Shown here: piece by piece, positions 19,607 through 35,082 of the stretch
Layout of the letters: every line of letters begins with the position of its first letter
Numbering within the stretch: position 1 is the first letter of the stretch
NCBI RefSeq assembly: GCF_009914755.1
Contig: NC_060939.1
Origin: the human T2T-CHM13v2.0 reference genome, Homo sapiens
Direction: 5' to 3' (one strand)
Length of the DNA stretch: 64,000 nucleotides
The notes under the pieces: generated by a model
Told to the model about the DNA's origin: nothing
Seen by the model: the letters and a program-made list of their open reading frames with translations, nothing else
The model's database searches: none
Program-made: the position numbers and the translations under genes

Positions 19607-21617
19607 TTTGTAAAATGATCCTGGAACTAAAATCCAAGGCAGGTTGTAAATCTGCTTCTGGAGGGTGCTTGTATCTGGGTTAATTGTGATCCTGCCTAAG
19701 GATAAGGGAATAGAATAGAGGAGCTTCAAGTAGGAGCCTTGAATCAAGCTTGGACTCCAACTAGAAAGAACTGCGATGATTCCATCTATTCTGAAGCAAA
19801 AATTACCCAACTGTAGGCTAATCAATATTAAGGGAAAACAAGCTACAGTAAATTATTTTCAACCAGAGCTTTTTCTATTCAGAACCAATGTTTTCTTAAA
19901 ATATTGCTATACACTACCAGTAGATGTCTGGACGTGGTAGCAATTCCATTTAGTTCAAGCCCCCTTTCTCAAACTGCCATGAGATTTAAGGAAGAAGCAT
20001 TCTGAGCAAGAAAGGGCTCATGCCACACTTTTCTTTGCCACTGCTGTTTTTTTCATCTAAAAATGCGAAGTGCTAAGCCATGGCAGCTTTATTCCCACTC
20101 GCTTCTTGTTACTTCAGGTAAGAGGAGCACATTGCCCCCCAGAAATGATCACCAGGACAATTCAGATAAGGCCACTAATAAAAATCTTTCACTGAGCTAG
20201 AATACAGTGGAGACTAGTGTTCTCAGAGGTAGTCAAGAGAAACATTGCCAAGATGCCTCAACTTTCCAAAGTCCCGTATGAAATCTATAAGTTAACCTTT
20301 CCTCAACCGCTTCAGCCTCATCTCACCCTTTCTTCCCTTTGAAATTAGCAAAAAAAAAAAAAGGGGGGGGGGATTTCCAACCTTTTTTTTACTTCCCACT
20401 CCTGATTCCAAATGAGTCCTGGCTTTCCACCAAAGTGGAAGCTGAGCAGCAGAGCAGACTTTGGTGAAGTTGAGAAGTGGCTGTGACATCTCCAGGCAAA
20501 TGCCAGCCCAGGTGTTGCTTCCTGACTCCAAAGGGACATGGGGCCCAGTCATGACAGTTCTGGATATGTATACATTTATTCTGCTTCAACTGTGACTTGA
20601 GAAATAGTGTATCTCTGTCTCTATACCAGCACTGTGTAGAGCTTCACCTGGGGAAAGAGAGAAACTGCCTCTGCTCTTTAGTTCATAAAGGCACAGTAGC
20701 AGGGTGAAATGAGGATGTGACAAAGATAGAGGAAAGCCTAGGTTAGCTTTGGGAGGGAGGGGAATTAGTCTCTTGCATTGTGCTCCTTCCCAAGAGCTAT
20801 TTGAAAAGTGTTCCTTTTCATTCTATATACCTTTGCATTGATTTGATAAGACATATTCATAAATAAAAAATGACTCCCCACCATTGCATATTCCAAAGGA
20901 AGAAAAGAGACAAGGTTGTAATTAGAGATGACACAGTCCTTTATCCATTAGCGACACACTATGGGACTCTATGTCCAGCTCCCCTGAGCCCATGTCTTTC
21001 ATCACTGGCTTTAGCAAAGAGTGGATGCTGACCGTGTATATGGCTCTTAAAAAGTTTATCTAGAGCCGGAGAATGAATGACTGTTGGCTTAATGAGCTGT
21101 AAGAAGGTAGACTTCATTCATTACAAAGTGGGTGGCCTGAGGGATAAAGGGCGGGGAGGAATGTATAAGGTGACAGGTGATGTGAGCCTGTGATTTAGAA
21201 ATACAGTATGAACTGATTTATCATGTCTTCAGTTAATTGGGCATCTCTATTAATTGACACTTGATGCTTTGCCAGCAGAATTACTCAGATTAGTATCTTT
21301 GATGCCCTATAACATCCTGGTGCATTTTCTTCCTTATCCAAAAATTATTAAGATATACCTAGAAAAAGTTTAATACTGTTATGAGTCAGTTATTCAAAAC
21401 TAGTTAAATCCTTAGTTATGGGTGGCAGTGATCTATTAATCAGAACACTAGATGTCAGACCAAAGCATCCTATTACCAGTCAGTTTGCTTTTCTTCTGTA
21501 CCCTATTGGAACTCTTTTCTCTTTGGTTGATTATTCCAATTCTAATGTAAGCCATCTGTCTGTGTTGCAAAGAGAAGAGGTGCTAAAGTGAGGCACACAA
21601 GACTTTAGAATCTAATC

Positions 21618-21805
21618 TGGTGATTCTTGAATTCTAACGCGCATCAGAATCACCCGGGAGGCTTGTTCAAGACTGTTGAGCCCCACCCCTAGGGTTTCTA
21701 ATGCAGTAAGTCAGTTTGGAGTGAGGCCCAGGAATTTGCATTTTCAGCCGGTCTCCAGGTGATGCTGGTGCTGCTGGTAGGAGGATTGCACTTTGAGAAT
21801 TATTG
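21618..21805. mobile_element. MER5A-like hAT DNA transposon relic
   Basis: gcatcagaatcacc...ggcccaggaatttgcatttt...ccaggtgatgctg...ctttgagaa. Confidence 0.8.
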
Positions 21806-24168
21806 ATCTAGAAGTTAAAAGGACAGTGATTCTAAAGATTCCCCCTAACAGTCTTGCGTCTGATTCTAAGAGGACACAGCTGAGGCTGTTTTTCTAGCAG
21901 CTAACTCGGAATTCATTCTGTGGGTTTATGCTGTGGCATTTGAAATACAAAACACCCTGAATCACAAATGTTTGTTCCACTCAAGGGCCAATTACGTATA
22001 AATAACTTTTAAAGGTCATTATAATGGCTCCAGTGCAGCAACCTCAAGCAACTCTGTTTTTCTTAGGCAGCGGGCAAAAAGTGTTCATGATGATGTATTG
22101 TCTATGTGACATTTAAACAAACGCACCTGAGCCTTATCGTTTATAATCCCACGGCAAATAGTTGTAAATTTCAGTTGCGTCTATGGCAGTGGCATTGTTC
22201 TGTGTGTAGAACCTCAAGGTAGAATGTTTGACTTCCCTGTGTTTACCTCTGTACTCTGAGAGTATGTGTATAAAATTATTTTGTTTGCAAGGGTCTCTCC
22301 AGACTCCCATGATCTTGTTACCCATGGCCATTGTTGTCCTGCTGCAAGATGCAGGACAGACTCATTATCTGCAAATGACCATATCTGACCCATAATTTCC
22401 TTCTGCAAATCACAAGAGTTCAGGGTTCTTTGGCTTTCATGCTATTAATCCTTTTCAGTTGTCTGGGTTTTAAAAGATATTGGTCCACCCCTGACATCCA
22501 AGGAGGAGAGATTTTTAGCCTTCTATCCACCAGAAGGCTCTAGTGATAGCAACAAAAGTCATCACTACGGAAAGGCTAATAGTGCTTCACTGGGCCTATT
22601 CCATAGCATAGAGACTGCTGGGATCCATTGCTTTGCAACTGCACATCCTGTCCAGGTAGAATCACTTGTCTCAGCTGCAGATTCATTCTCTCCAAGATAG
22701 CTGGGATTATTCTGTATCTCTGCTCCATGCACTATAACCATGAGAGAAATTGAGACAGTCCCTTTCAATTGACCAGTGTTCCTTAAGGCCAAGGAATTTG
22801 GTATGGCCTCTCCTATTTATTAATCCTTCAATTCCAATGGATATAAAATCTGAAAATCTAGAGAAGAAAGACCTCAAGCCAATGGTAATCCCAATGGCAA
22901 AGGGCCTTGCAGGCATAACCCAATTCACTAAACATACATTTGTATTTGCAGTCTTCTGCTTTATCTTTGGAAATGTATGAGAACTTTGCATTTGATTCCA
23001 AATATCAAAAATAATTTCCTCAAATCTTCCAGTGAACTGATGTTCTGGGAAAGCACACCACATTTTTCCTGTGGCTTCCCAGACTGCCTAGCTCCTTCAG
23101 TGCCGGATGTTTTTGCCCCCGTTTGAGAAGTTTGGCCTGAGGAGGAAGTAGACACATTCTGTAGGAAGCAGTTAGATCAATGGGTGCGTATGCAAACCTT
23201 TGGGCTTGTGGCTCTTACTCAGAATTGTCCACGTCCCTCCACTCAGAGCCCTTGTTATCCTCTAACATGTCAGGAACTTCAGGATGCTTCCAGTCTTCCT
23301 CCCATCTTGCAGGAAAGAGTGTCCTTTACCTTAAGGGAAGCAGGACAGATAAGCCCTGGATTTTTCTGTTTACAGTTCTTGCATCTGAAAACCCTCCCTG
23401 GTTGAATATTGAACTCTGTCTGTTGATACTTTAGCCTGTGTGTCCTTGTCTAGAGCAGCACCCTCAATCATTCAGGGTGAGGAAAAGATAGGGCTCCCAC
23501 GATTCCTTACAAATCAGTCCTTGGAAACAAAAAGGATTAAGTGATTGACAGGGAGTCAATCAAGCCACCTCAGGTCATCCATCATTTCTATTGTGAAGCC
23601 AGAAATCAGTCCACGTGCGATGCTTTTCCCCCCAGAATTCCAGCTGGATGGAAAGTTGTTGTTTCTGGTCCAGCTGAAGGACTATTAGATGAGTGGACTT
23701 TTATTTTTCCTTTTCTAAGCCGAGTATAGATGTGATCCAGGCAATGGCACCACAGCTTGGAACTAAACACTGATCAGTTGCTTTTCTCCTCTGATTACTG
23801 ATTTTCCTGCAGGGGACACACTAAGGCCCAGGCAGGCAAGCCAAGAGGGAGAAGCCAAGAGACTGGCTTCATCGCAGGATAGTCTTAGGAACTAACTATC
23901 CCTCATCCTTGTGTCTGCTGTACTCCTTTAACCATGTGTTTGTTTTAACCTCACCTCAACACGACATCTAGGAAGATAATGCAGCCTCTGGAAGCTGCAC
24001 TCTGTTCACAGACAGCTGGAGGACAAAAGCCACTCCACATCCAAGCTCACTGCTGTGAAGCTCTAGAAATTTATTCCTAAAGACCAAAGGAAAGGAGGGG
24101 CAGAGAGAAGGAAGCTTGCACCCACTGTGCTTTTGAATTTCTGTCCCTTTATTCTTCCTCTCAATCAG

Positions 24169-24489
24169 TTCTGGGGATGCCAGACACGGTAGAAGACATG
24201 TGTCCTGACATCCCCCAGCTGGAAGGCCTGATGAAGGAAATCAACGACCTGGCCGAGTCAGGGGCCCGGTACACAGAGATGCCCCATGTCATCGAGGTGA
24301 TCTTACCCATGCTCTGCAACTACTTGTCCTACTGGTGGGAGCGGGGTCCTGAGAACCTGCCCCCCAGCACAGGGCCATGCTGCACCAAGGTCACCTCTGA
24401 ACACCTCAGTCTCATCCTGGGCAACATTCTGAAAATCATCAACAACAACCTGGGCATCGATGAGGCCTCCTGGATGAAGCGCATTGCAG
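24169..24489 (+). CDS. RYR3: RYR3 exon, 321 nt: (I)[15 protein letters not shown]...[12 protein letters not shown](V)
   Basis: ttcctctcaatcag acceptor; G|gtaccg donor; overlaps ORF 24177-24632. Confidence 0.97.
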
Positions 24490-26724
24490 GTACCGACCCC
24501 TTTCTCCCCAGTCCCCAGCCCAGGGGCCAAGATAACTGGATTCTTTTTTCATCTCTATTATTAATTCCAAGATGGTTTTGCACAAGCTCTATTCTATATT
24601 TAAACCTCCCCATGCCCACCCCAGTTGCTTAACAGTAAAAAGAATTGACATATTCCCCTGAAGAGCTTCCTGGAGCCAATGCTCCCGGCCCACTCCCCTA
24701 CTCATCCAGGCCCCTCAACTCTCCAGGAAGCCCTTCTTAATCAACTCCACTCAAATCCAATGAGCATTGCTTTATTTGATTTTGGTACTCAAGAATCCCA
24801 TTAGCTCTTACAGTAATAATTGTCCAGAATTTTCCTGGTAAGTAATCCTGTGTGTTTTCCACTTGTATAAAACTCACTGCCATCTGACCTACACTATAAG
24901 TTCCTTACTGTCACTCTGCATTTGTATTTCACTCTGTGCTTTCTAAGACACTGTCTCATGCGGGCTCACGGTAGTGGCACTTTGTTGTTTTTTTTTTTTC
25001 TTTTGTATCCCTCCAAAGTTACTTGCACACAGCCAGCTCTCAATGAATGCTATTAGCCAATTTTCTCTTCCTGAAGCAACTTCAAAAAAAGGACAGGCTT
25101 GGAAAATCAATAACTATACTTTCCACAGTCAGGAAACCACAAATATTTTGTGTCCTCTGTGTCAAACTACAGTCCAAGGAGATAGAAGCTAAGGCAAAAT
25201 TACTGCTTTTGATGGACCTATGATTTAGGTAGTGGAGTCCACCAGTAACATCTTTACCCATATAATCTCCTGGACATGAAAACAATGGCTAAGCTAAAGG
25301 GAACTATTAATCCAACACTGGTATTTACTTTCCTGGACAAAGGAATCAGTGTCCTTCTGCAGGACCAAGGAAGAAAAGTTACTGCTTCTTCCTGTCTCAC
25401 AGATGAACTAAGATCAAAATTATAAATATCTTGGGTGCTAATTGGTGTTCCTCTATTACCCATTAGCCCTAAAATATTGTTAACCATAAGGTAATTTTTC
25501 AATGAGTTTTACTTGGTAAATCTGAATTAAGGGAAGGAAAGGTTTCAAAAAAATCTCCTCCCTTACCTCCCTAGAGGTGCGCAGAGGGAAAGTGTCACAA
25601 CGTGAAGGCCACTGATGGAAACTGAAGTTCGGCCTGTTATTCCACAGGTGAATCTAGACTTCATTCAGACAGGCTACTTACTTCTTGGTGACTAAACAAA
25701 GTCAATTTTAAGTAGTAACCCCAAATCACCCACATAAGATGTAGCCATTCCAATTACATATCTAAAGCAGAGTTGCTCATTGAAGAAGGCTAAGAAGTCA
25801 CAACTTCTTGGTGAATGCAGAGAGTGCCATTAACCTTCTCTTTCTAAAAGTATCTGTTTTATAAAAGTAAAATATAAAGTGATATTTTGAAGAAAATTGC
25901 TGGAATGCAAGCTGTTTCCAGCTGAAATGCCTTAAGCTAAAGACACTTTGAAAAGGTGAATGTAGATTGTCAGTGGTTCACAACTCTCACTCACTCATTT
26001 TTTTCTTACAATTACTCTGGTCTTTAAAAAAAAAAAACAAAAACAAACAAACAAAAACAATGGAAAGGCATATTGCTCTTTCTCTGATTGCTTGTTTCTG
26101 CTTTTCAACTTCTAGTGATCACCCCAGCCTCTTTTTGTTCATTTGTAATTGATACCAGACTTATATCCCTCCCTCAGAGCCCAGAGGAGTCTCCAGGCAA
26201 TAGGTTGGCAGGTTTCAAGTGTTGAGGCTGAGGATGGTAGTCGGGTTAATGTGCTTTTAACAACAGATTGTTCTGTAAAATAACCAGAAAGCATATACTG
26301 AGTGCCCGCTGTTAGTGCAGTACTTGCTGTTAATAAAAGCCTTCCTTCAGGAAGTTTACAATCTGCTAGTGAGCCGAAAGCAAAAAGAATGGACTATAAA
26401 ATAATACAAAATAGTCTGTCACGAAGAGCTAAGGGGTGTGGCATAGGCCATGTGTGCATGAGAGGTTCGAGGGAGGCAGGGGCTCCTCATGGCCTGGAAG
26501 AGCAGAGCAGGAATATGGACCTTCTCCCATAGTGGCCTCGGTTCCCCATCCCTCAAGGTGACTCTATGAGAGGGAAGTATCAAGGGGAAGATTGAGGAAG
26601 GGAACAAGGGGCAGGTGCCATCCTGAGTCGATGGGATTCCACGGCCTCACCTTTCAGTCATGTCTTTCATTTTCATCAATTGCCATAATACGTGAAATGA
26701 CGGGGAGGCTCTTTGTAAACGCAG

Positions 26725-26965
26725 TGTATGCACAGCCCATCATCAGCAAAGCCAGGCCCGACCTGCTGAGAAGCCACTTCATCCCAACTCTGGAGAAGCT
26801 GAAGAAAAAGGCTGTCAAGACGGTGCAGGAGGAGGAGCAGTTGAAAGCCGATGGCAAAGGGGACACCCAGGAGGCAGAACTCCTCATCCTGGACGAGTTC
26901 GCGGTCCTCTGCAGAGATCTCTATGCCTTCTACCCCATGCTGATCCGCTACGTGGACAACAACAG
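26725..26965 (+). CDS. RYR3: RYR3 exon, 241 nt: (V)[14 protein letters not shown]...[11 protein letters not shown](R)
   Basis: ctttgtaaacgcag acceptor (weak pyrimidine tract); AG|gtacgg donor. Confidence 0.96.
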
Positions 26966-27939
26966 GTACGGAGGAGAGCACTAGGAGCCTGTCTGCCCCT
27001 CTGTGGGGCTAGTTTAGGCAACAGAATAAAATGGAAAGATGGTGTTGGGTTGTTAACAGTGAGATAAAGGAGGCGATAGCCGCCCCCACCATTCTCCTTC
27101 CCAACACCAATGGTTCCTGCTGTAGGAGCTCTGGGCATTGCTTTCCTGGAGCAATGATTCTGTATGGTCTGTGACATGGCCATCTCCTCCATCCTTACGG
27201 GCTACCACAGGTCAGAGGAAGTTGGTCAAATAAAGGTAGCAGTGACCCACTTCTGCCCCTCTGCTGTTCACTAACGTATTCCTTCAACCAATACTGCCTG
27301 ACTGTGTGTTAAGCGCTCTTCTAGGCTTTAAGCGATAGGAGTGAACAGAAAAGACAAGCTCTCTGGCCTAGGGAGATTTCTTTCTGGGGCTAGGAGAGGT
27401 GCATAAACAATAAACAACCCATATAAGTAAATTATATAGAGCGGGGTAAGGGGAATTAGGAGGGTCAGGGTGGGGTGGAGTTGTGTTTTTAGATAGAATG
27501 TTACTGAGAAATCAACATTTGAGCAAAGACCTGAAGTCAGTAACGTTTGGAACCAGAAAGATCTGGGGCGGGGGTGTTGCAGGAAGAGGAAACGTCTGGT
27601 GCAGGCACCAAGAAAAAAGTGCGTTTGGGATGTTCAAGGGACCAAAAGGAGGCCAGTGTAGCTGAAGCAGAGGGAGGGGTGGGGAAGAGCAGTAGAAGAT
27701 GTCAGAGAGGCAACACGGGGCCGAGAGTCCAGGCCTAGGACGCCACTGTGAGGACTCTGACTTTTACTCTGAGTCAGATAACAAGCCCCTGGAGATTCTG
27801 AGGGAGTCTGTAATGTGATCTGATTCACTCTTTGAGCACTGTAGCAAGAGGTGGAGGCAGCAGGGAAGGAAGAAGACCAGTGGGAGGTTCTCCATGATCC
27901 AGGCAAGAGTGGAATGTGATCCATAGAAACTGAAAGTGG

Positions 27940-28809
<870 letters not shown>

Positions 28810-29880
28810 CTTTTGTTTGTTTGTTTGTTTGTTTGTTTGTTTTTCTGTAAGTTGATGGTGGCTGAGGCCAAGATGGTAGCAGTGAAGGTTGCCAGAAGTT
28901 ATCAGATTCTGGGTCTGTTTTGAAGGTAGAGCCCTTGGAATTTCCAAATTGGGAATGAGAGAAAAGAGAGGAGTCAAAAATGATTCCAGGAATTTTGCCT
29001 GAGTACATGGAAGAATGGCCTTTTTAGCAATTGAGGAAGACTGTGGATACATCAGATTTGGCCAAGGTTGGAGTGAGGTTGTTGAGGGGAAGATCAGGAG
29101 ATCACTTTCAGACGTGTTGAAATTTAGTTGCCTATTCAATAGAAAAGTGAAAATGTTGAATGGACAATTGCATATAAGATTCAGAGTTCAAGGGAGAGGT
29201 CTGGTGTAGACATATGAATTTGGGAGTAATCGACACATTTAAGGACTGTGAGACTAGATGAGATAAGTAAAGGATTGAGGAAGAGACAGAAGAGTTCCTC
29301 AGTACTAAGAGGTCAGGTAGAAGAAGAGGAACAGCAAATGAGACTGAGAGGGAGAAACCAACGAGACAGTAGGAAAGCCAACAGAATGTTGTATCCTGAG
29401 TGCCAACTTCACAAAGAGTTTCCAGAAGGAAAGAATGACCAACTGTTTCAAATGCTGCTGGTAAATAAGATGAGAACTGAGACTGGGCATTATATTAAGC
29501 AGCTCATTAGTTATTGGTGACCTTGACAAGAGCAGTGTCTATGAAGTATTGAAGATAAAAAGCCTCTTTGGAATGGGTTAAAAGAATGAGAGAAAAGGAC
29601 TTGGATCTGGCAATACAGGCAACTTGTTCAAGTTTTACTCTAAAGGAGAACAGAGAAATGGGACGCTAGCTAGAAGCAGAAATGTGGCCAAGAGAGGAGT
29701 TGTTAACATAGGAAACTTGTCAGGTTGTTTCTTCACCAATGGGAAGGATCCAATAGAGATGGGGGCTATGAACATGTAAGAGAGAGACAATTTCTAAGGC
29801 AATGCCCTTGAGCAGGCGAAAGGTCAGCCTCAGGAAATTCATCCCCAGCAACAGACAGGAGGGCAGAGACTGTGTGTGAC

Positions 29881-29929
29881 ACACACACACACACACACAC
29901 CCCTACATTCGGAGAGAGAGAGGGAGAGA
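29881..29929. repeat. (CA)n and (GA)n microsatellites
   Basis: acacacac... and gagagagag runs. Confidence 0.85.
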
Positions 29930-31319
29930 GAGGTCTTTTGGGGTCCTTTTCTGATTGCTTTTATTTTCTCAGTGAAGTAGGAAGCAAGATCATCAGTTGG
30001 GAATGAAGATGGGGAAAGGTGCCTAGAGGTTTGAAGAGTAAAGAGAAGGTATGAGGGGTGGTTCCCAGGGAGAGTGGAAGAATAGATGCACCAGGGAGAT
30101 GCGGGGTGATTACCCGGTAGCATTAAGAGATCTCTGGTCATGAATTTACAGTAAGACCCATCAGCACATTGTCTTTTTCTCCAGCCAAATTCAGCTGTCA
30201 GATATCAACCAAGAATAGGAAGGAAGTTGCATTTAATGAGAGGTGAGGTTTTGCAAAGTGAGTATAACAAAAACAGGCTAGGGAGTTAAGGGTATATGTA
30301 AGGAGGTAATTATAAAGATTTACCATGGAATTTAAGCTGGATGAAGAGGAGGACAGAAAATAGAAAGCCTAATGTGCTTGAACAGACAAAGGATCAAAGG
30401 ATTGTTGGAGAGTGGGTACTAGATAGGAGGAAGGTAGTGGACAGAGAAGTGAAATGCATGGATTTAAGATTAGGGGATTAGGGGAGGTTGCAGTTACTAG
30501 TAATGACCATGGGATTGCATACTGAGGCAAGTGGAAAGCAAGAACCCTTAGAGAAGAAATCAACAGACTGAAAGGCCATGGAGCTGGAAAATCATAAACA
30601 CATATATTGAAGTCACTGAGAATGAAGACTGGTGACATGTTGAGAATATCAGTGAGATATGTGCTAAAAGCATGGATAAAGGAAGGGGAATGGCTCAGAT
30701 TAGTGGACACCTTGGTATGAGATGAAATTCAAAACTGGAGACTTTCGGAGACACTTCATGGTGTGTGTCTCTGTTCTGATATCTGAGCACCATTTAGAGA
30801 GGAGAGGTGGAAAAGAGCACAATATAATGAACTTACCCAAACCTGCTGCTCCCTTCTCTCAAGGCCTCTCCCCCAACCCGAGTCCTTCAGGAGGGGCACC
30901 CAGAATCCTCATTCTTTCTCTATCCCTTGCCTTCAGCCCTTCACACTGACTCTGTGCACCTTCCCTTCTCTCCCATCAGTCAGTCCCCTGGGGTGGTGGC
31001 CATATGCTGTGCTGGACAGGCTGTGTGTCCCAGTTCACCATCATCGCTTCTATTCTACAGAACTTCAAAGGTTGAAAGTCTCTAATGTCATAATTAGGCA
31101 AATTAATTCATGTCATAGGAGAAATTTTTAATGTAATTCACTCTTTCCCCAATGTTCGTTTGGTGCACAAAATTTAGCTGAGTGAAAATAAATAAACAAC
31201 AATTATATGAGAAATGTGAAGGCTTGTGGGAATGTAAGTCTATAAAATCATAAAGCTATTGATAGGGTGAACACAGACATTTTCATTGTATCTTAGGGTA
31301 TGACCCTTACCCTATTTGT

Positions 31320-32156
31320 GGGTTTTGTTGCATTTTTCCCTGTAACCAAATATGTGTCAGTTGTCCAAGTCCATTCTCCAGTTCTCCAACACCAATTGGG
31401 TATCCAACAATCCAATTTAATTCTGACAGTAACTACGCAGAGTTAGTGCAGATCCCACAGGTCAATGGCTCAGTTTTGCAAGACTGTTCCTGCCTCAGAC
31501 ACCAGCCACAAATGAGTTGCCTAGGCTGCTCACACTTCTGCCCAGCGAACTGCAAATTCCATGGTTCTCATGACCTGGCTTGATAATTCACTCAGATTTG
31601 ATAATTCACTGGAATAGCTTATAGAACTCAGGAAAGCGCATTAATAATTACAGGCTTATTAGAAAAGAATCAACTCAGGAACATTCAAATGGAAAAGACG
31701 CATAGGGAAATGTATGGGTGTAGGGGAGTGCAGAACCTCTGTGTCCACCCTGGCACACACCACCCTCCCTGCCCATCAATGTGTTTACCAACCTGTAGGC
31801 TCCCTGCATCTCATACGAGCTTTTGTGTAAGTTTCATTGATAAATCACTGGCCATTGGTGATTTAGACTGAACTCAATCTTCAGCACCTCCTGTCTCCCC
31901 AGAGGTAGGGAGTGAGGCTGAAAGTTCCAACCCTCTTACCATGTGCTTGGTCTTTCTGGTAACCAGGGCCATCCTGAAGCTACCTAGCCCTTCCCCATTC
32001 AAGGGTCACTTCATTAGCATAAACCCAGGTATGGTCAAAGGGGCTCGTTATATATAATAAAAAAAACTCCTATTACTCAGGAAATTCCACAAGTTCTAGT
32101 AGCTCTGTGCCTGGAAACAGGGGCAAAGACTAATACATATTTTTATTATACCATAC
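31320..32156 (-). mobile_element. MER21-family solo LTR
   Basis: aattctgacagtaactac..gagttagtgcagatcccacagg..ggctcag; similar to the reverse complement of 37610-38440. Confidence 0.75.
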
Positions 32157-32442
32157 CCTTCTAAAGTTTAAGGCCCTAAAATACAAATTTGAAAATGTTT
32201 AATTTTAAGGTACCCATTATAGATATTGAAGGGATGCAGGACTATTTGGGGGAACATTGGTAACTTTTTGAGTGGTAACCCATTCTGCCATGGGCAAGAA
32301 ATGGGCCTAGATATACTCATTTTAGCATTATTTTATAAGGTAAATTGTAGTTACTATTTAAAATAACCTAATTAAGATTACTTATATTTAGCATTCCAAT
32401 AGAAACACTTTACACACAACACCTTACACACACACACACTCT

Positions 32443-32760
32443 ATATATATACATATATAAATATATATTTATTTATTTATGTAAATGTATATATAAATAA
32501 ATATATAAATACATATAATACACATAAATATATATTATATATAAATATATACATAAATACATATATATAAATATATACATAAATAAATATATATAAATAT
32601 ATACATAATATATATTATATAAATATAATATACATAAATATATATTTATATATAATATACATAAATATATAATATATAATATATACAAATATACATTATA
32701 TATAAATATATATTATACACAAATATACATTATATATAAATATATATAAATATATATTTA
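32443..32760. repeat. AT-rich low-complexity (TA)n-like island
   Basis: About 320 bp, almost entirely A/T. Confidence 0.95.
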
Positions 32761-32930
32761 TGTGAAAATGAGTACAATTTCCCATAGATAGGTAAGGAAA
32801 GAAAAGATTTTTTATATATATATTTTTATATATATATATTTTTATATATGTTTATATATATAAAAATATATATATATATAAAATCTTTTCTTTCCTTACC
32901 TATCTATGGGAAATTGTACTCATTTTCACA
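32761..32930. repeat. Perfect 50-bp inverted repeat around a 70-bp AT spacer
   Basis: 32761-32810 is the exact reverse complement of 32881-32930. Confidence 0.98.
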
Positions 32931-33879
32931 CACAAAAATCCCTGCTTTTTTGAGGGTCATCATTTTAGTCATTTCCCATATCATAATAACGTTAGCAGTG
33001 TAGAGAAGGAAATCGCCAGAGTTTGAAGTGAAAAATAAAAGTAGAGTAAGGTTGCTCCTGGAATAGCTCTTTAATTGCATTTGTCACTATTGACGATCAA
33101 GACTCAAGACAGAGTATGTTGTACTTATGCGGTGTTTGACAGTTGCTAAAAATGGCAATGTCAGAGAGTCTTTGAGATCATCATTAATTCATTCATCCCC
33201 ACTTTTCAATCTGTTCTTCCCAGAGCATTACGGTCATATGAGCTGTGCTGAGAAATACAGGCTTCCAACATGAGTGCCTTTAGTTTCTTCAGGTCCTCTC
33301 TTCATCCAAAAAATTAGCTGGCTTTGAATTATGGAATTGTGGCCTTGGCAGGGTTGTTAGAGGTCACCTCATCTTACCTCCCAGTGGATGGAGAAATACC
33401 CGTTCCTTTTTCCTATCGTGACTTTCTGCCTCTGGTTATTGGGAAAAGTGGGGAGCAAAAGACAACAGGGACAGCATTGCCATGCATGCAATCCCATTCT
33501 GGTTTCAGACCGTTCAAACCATTTGAGCTCAAAGGATAACTCCTACCTATCAGCTCTAATTTTACTCTCCAGAACCACACAAAATTACTCTAATCCCTCT
33601 TGTGGCAGCTCTTTAAATATGTAACAGAGCCATCTTGGGCTTTCCTCTTCCCTGGTTTTTCTCATCATATTAAACCTTTGTACTGTTTTCTGCCCTGCCA
33701 CAGCAGTGTGTAAAGTTTCTTCTGTGTCTGGAATACTCTTCTGAAGAGCGGCTTCTGTTGGTCAGTGTCCAACCTGAAGTTGACCCAGAATAAGCAAGAA
33801 CCAGCTGTGGTGTGCTCAGTGGGGGACACATAAGTGCTTCGTTTCCGCATGCCAGGAGATAAAAATCAAGAAGTATTAA

Positions 33880-34347
<468 letters not shown>

Positions 34348-34553
34348 TAAACAAGTCTCTCTTTCTAAAAGGCAATCGGCTTCTTAGCCTCCTTCCTAGG
34401 AGTCAGAAATATTTGGAACTTAGCATTGAACTTTAAATAGTGAGATTTTTGGTGAAAACCTATCTCTCAAACTGTTGAAGGGAGTTAGGGTAAATCCCAT
34501 GCAGCAACTGCCTCAGGCTTGGTCCTCTAGGGGAGGCTTTGGAACAAAGCTGA

Positions 34554-34950
<397 letters not shown>

Positions 34951-35082
34951 CCATTTGTCTTTTTGAAAATGGAAGTCTGAATCTCCTTCCTTCTGCCACC
35001 CCCCAGGATTCTGTTCTTATGCTTCTTGTTTTTCCTGTGACTGTGCTCAGTTATTTCATCCACTTGGGTTGCTGCTGCTCTT

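Noticed and set aside
20350-20390. A13-G10 homopolymers followed by CC-T8
   Set aside because: Simple slippage tract; the potential hairpin is short and unremarkable
32443-32760. Periodic AT units as a CRISPR-like array, or the YI-rich ORF
   Set aside because: Degenerate (TA)n low complexity with no repeat-spacer structure; eukaryotic intron
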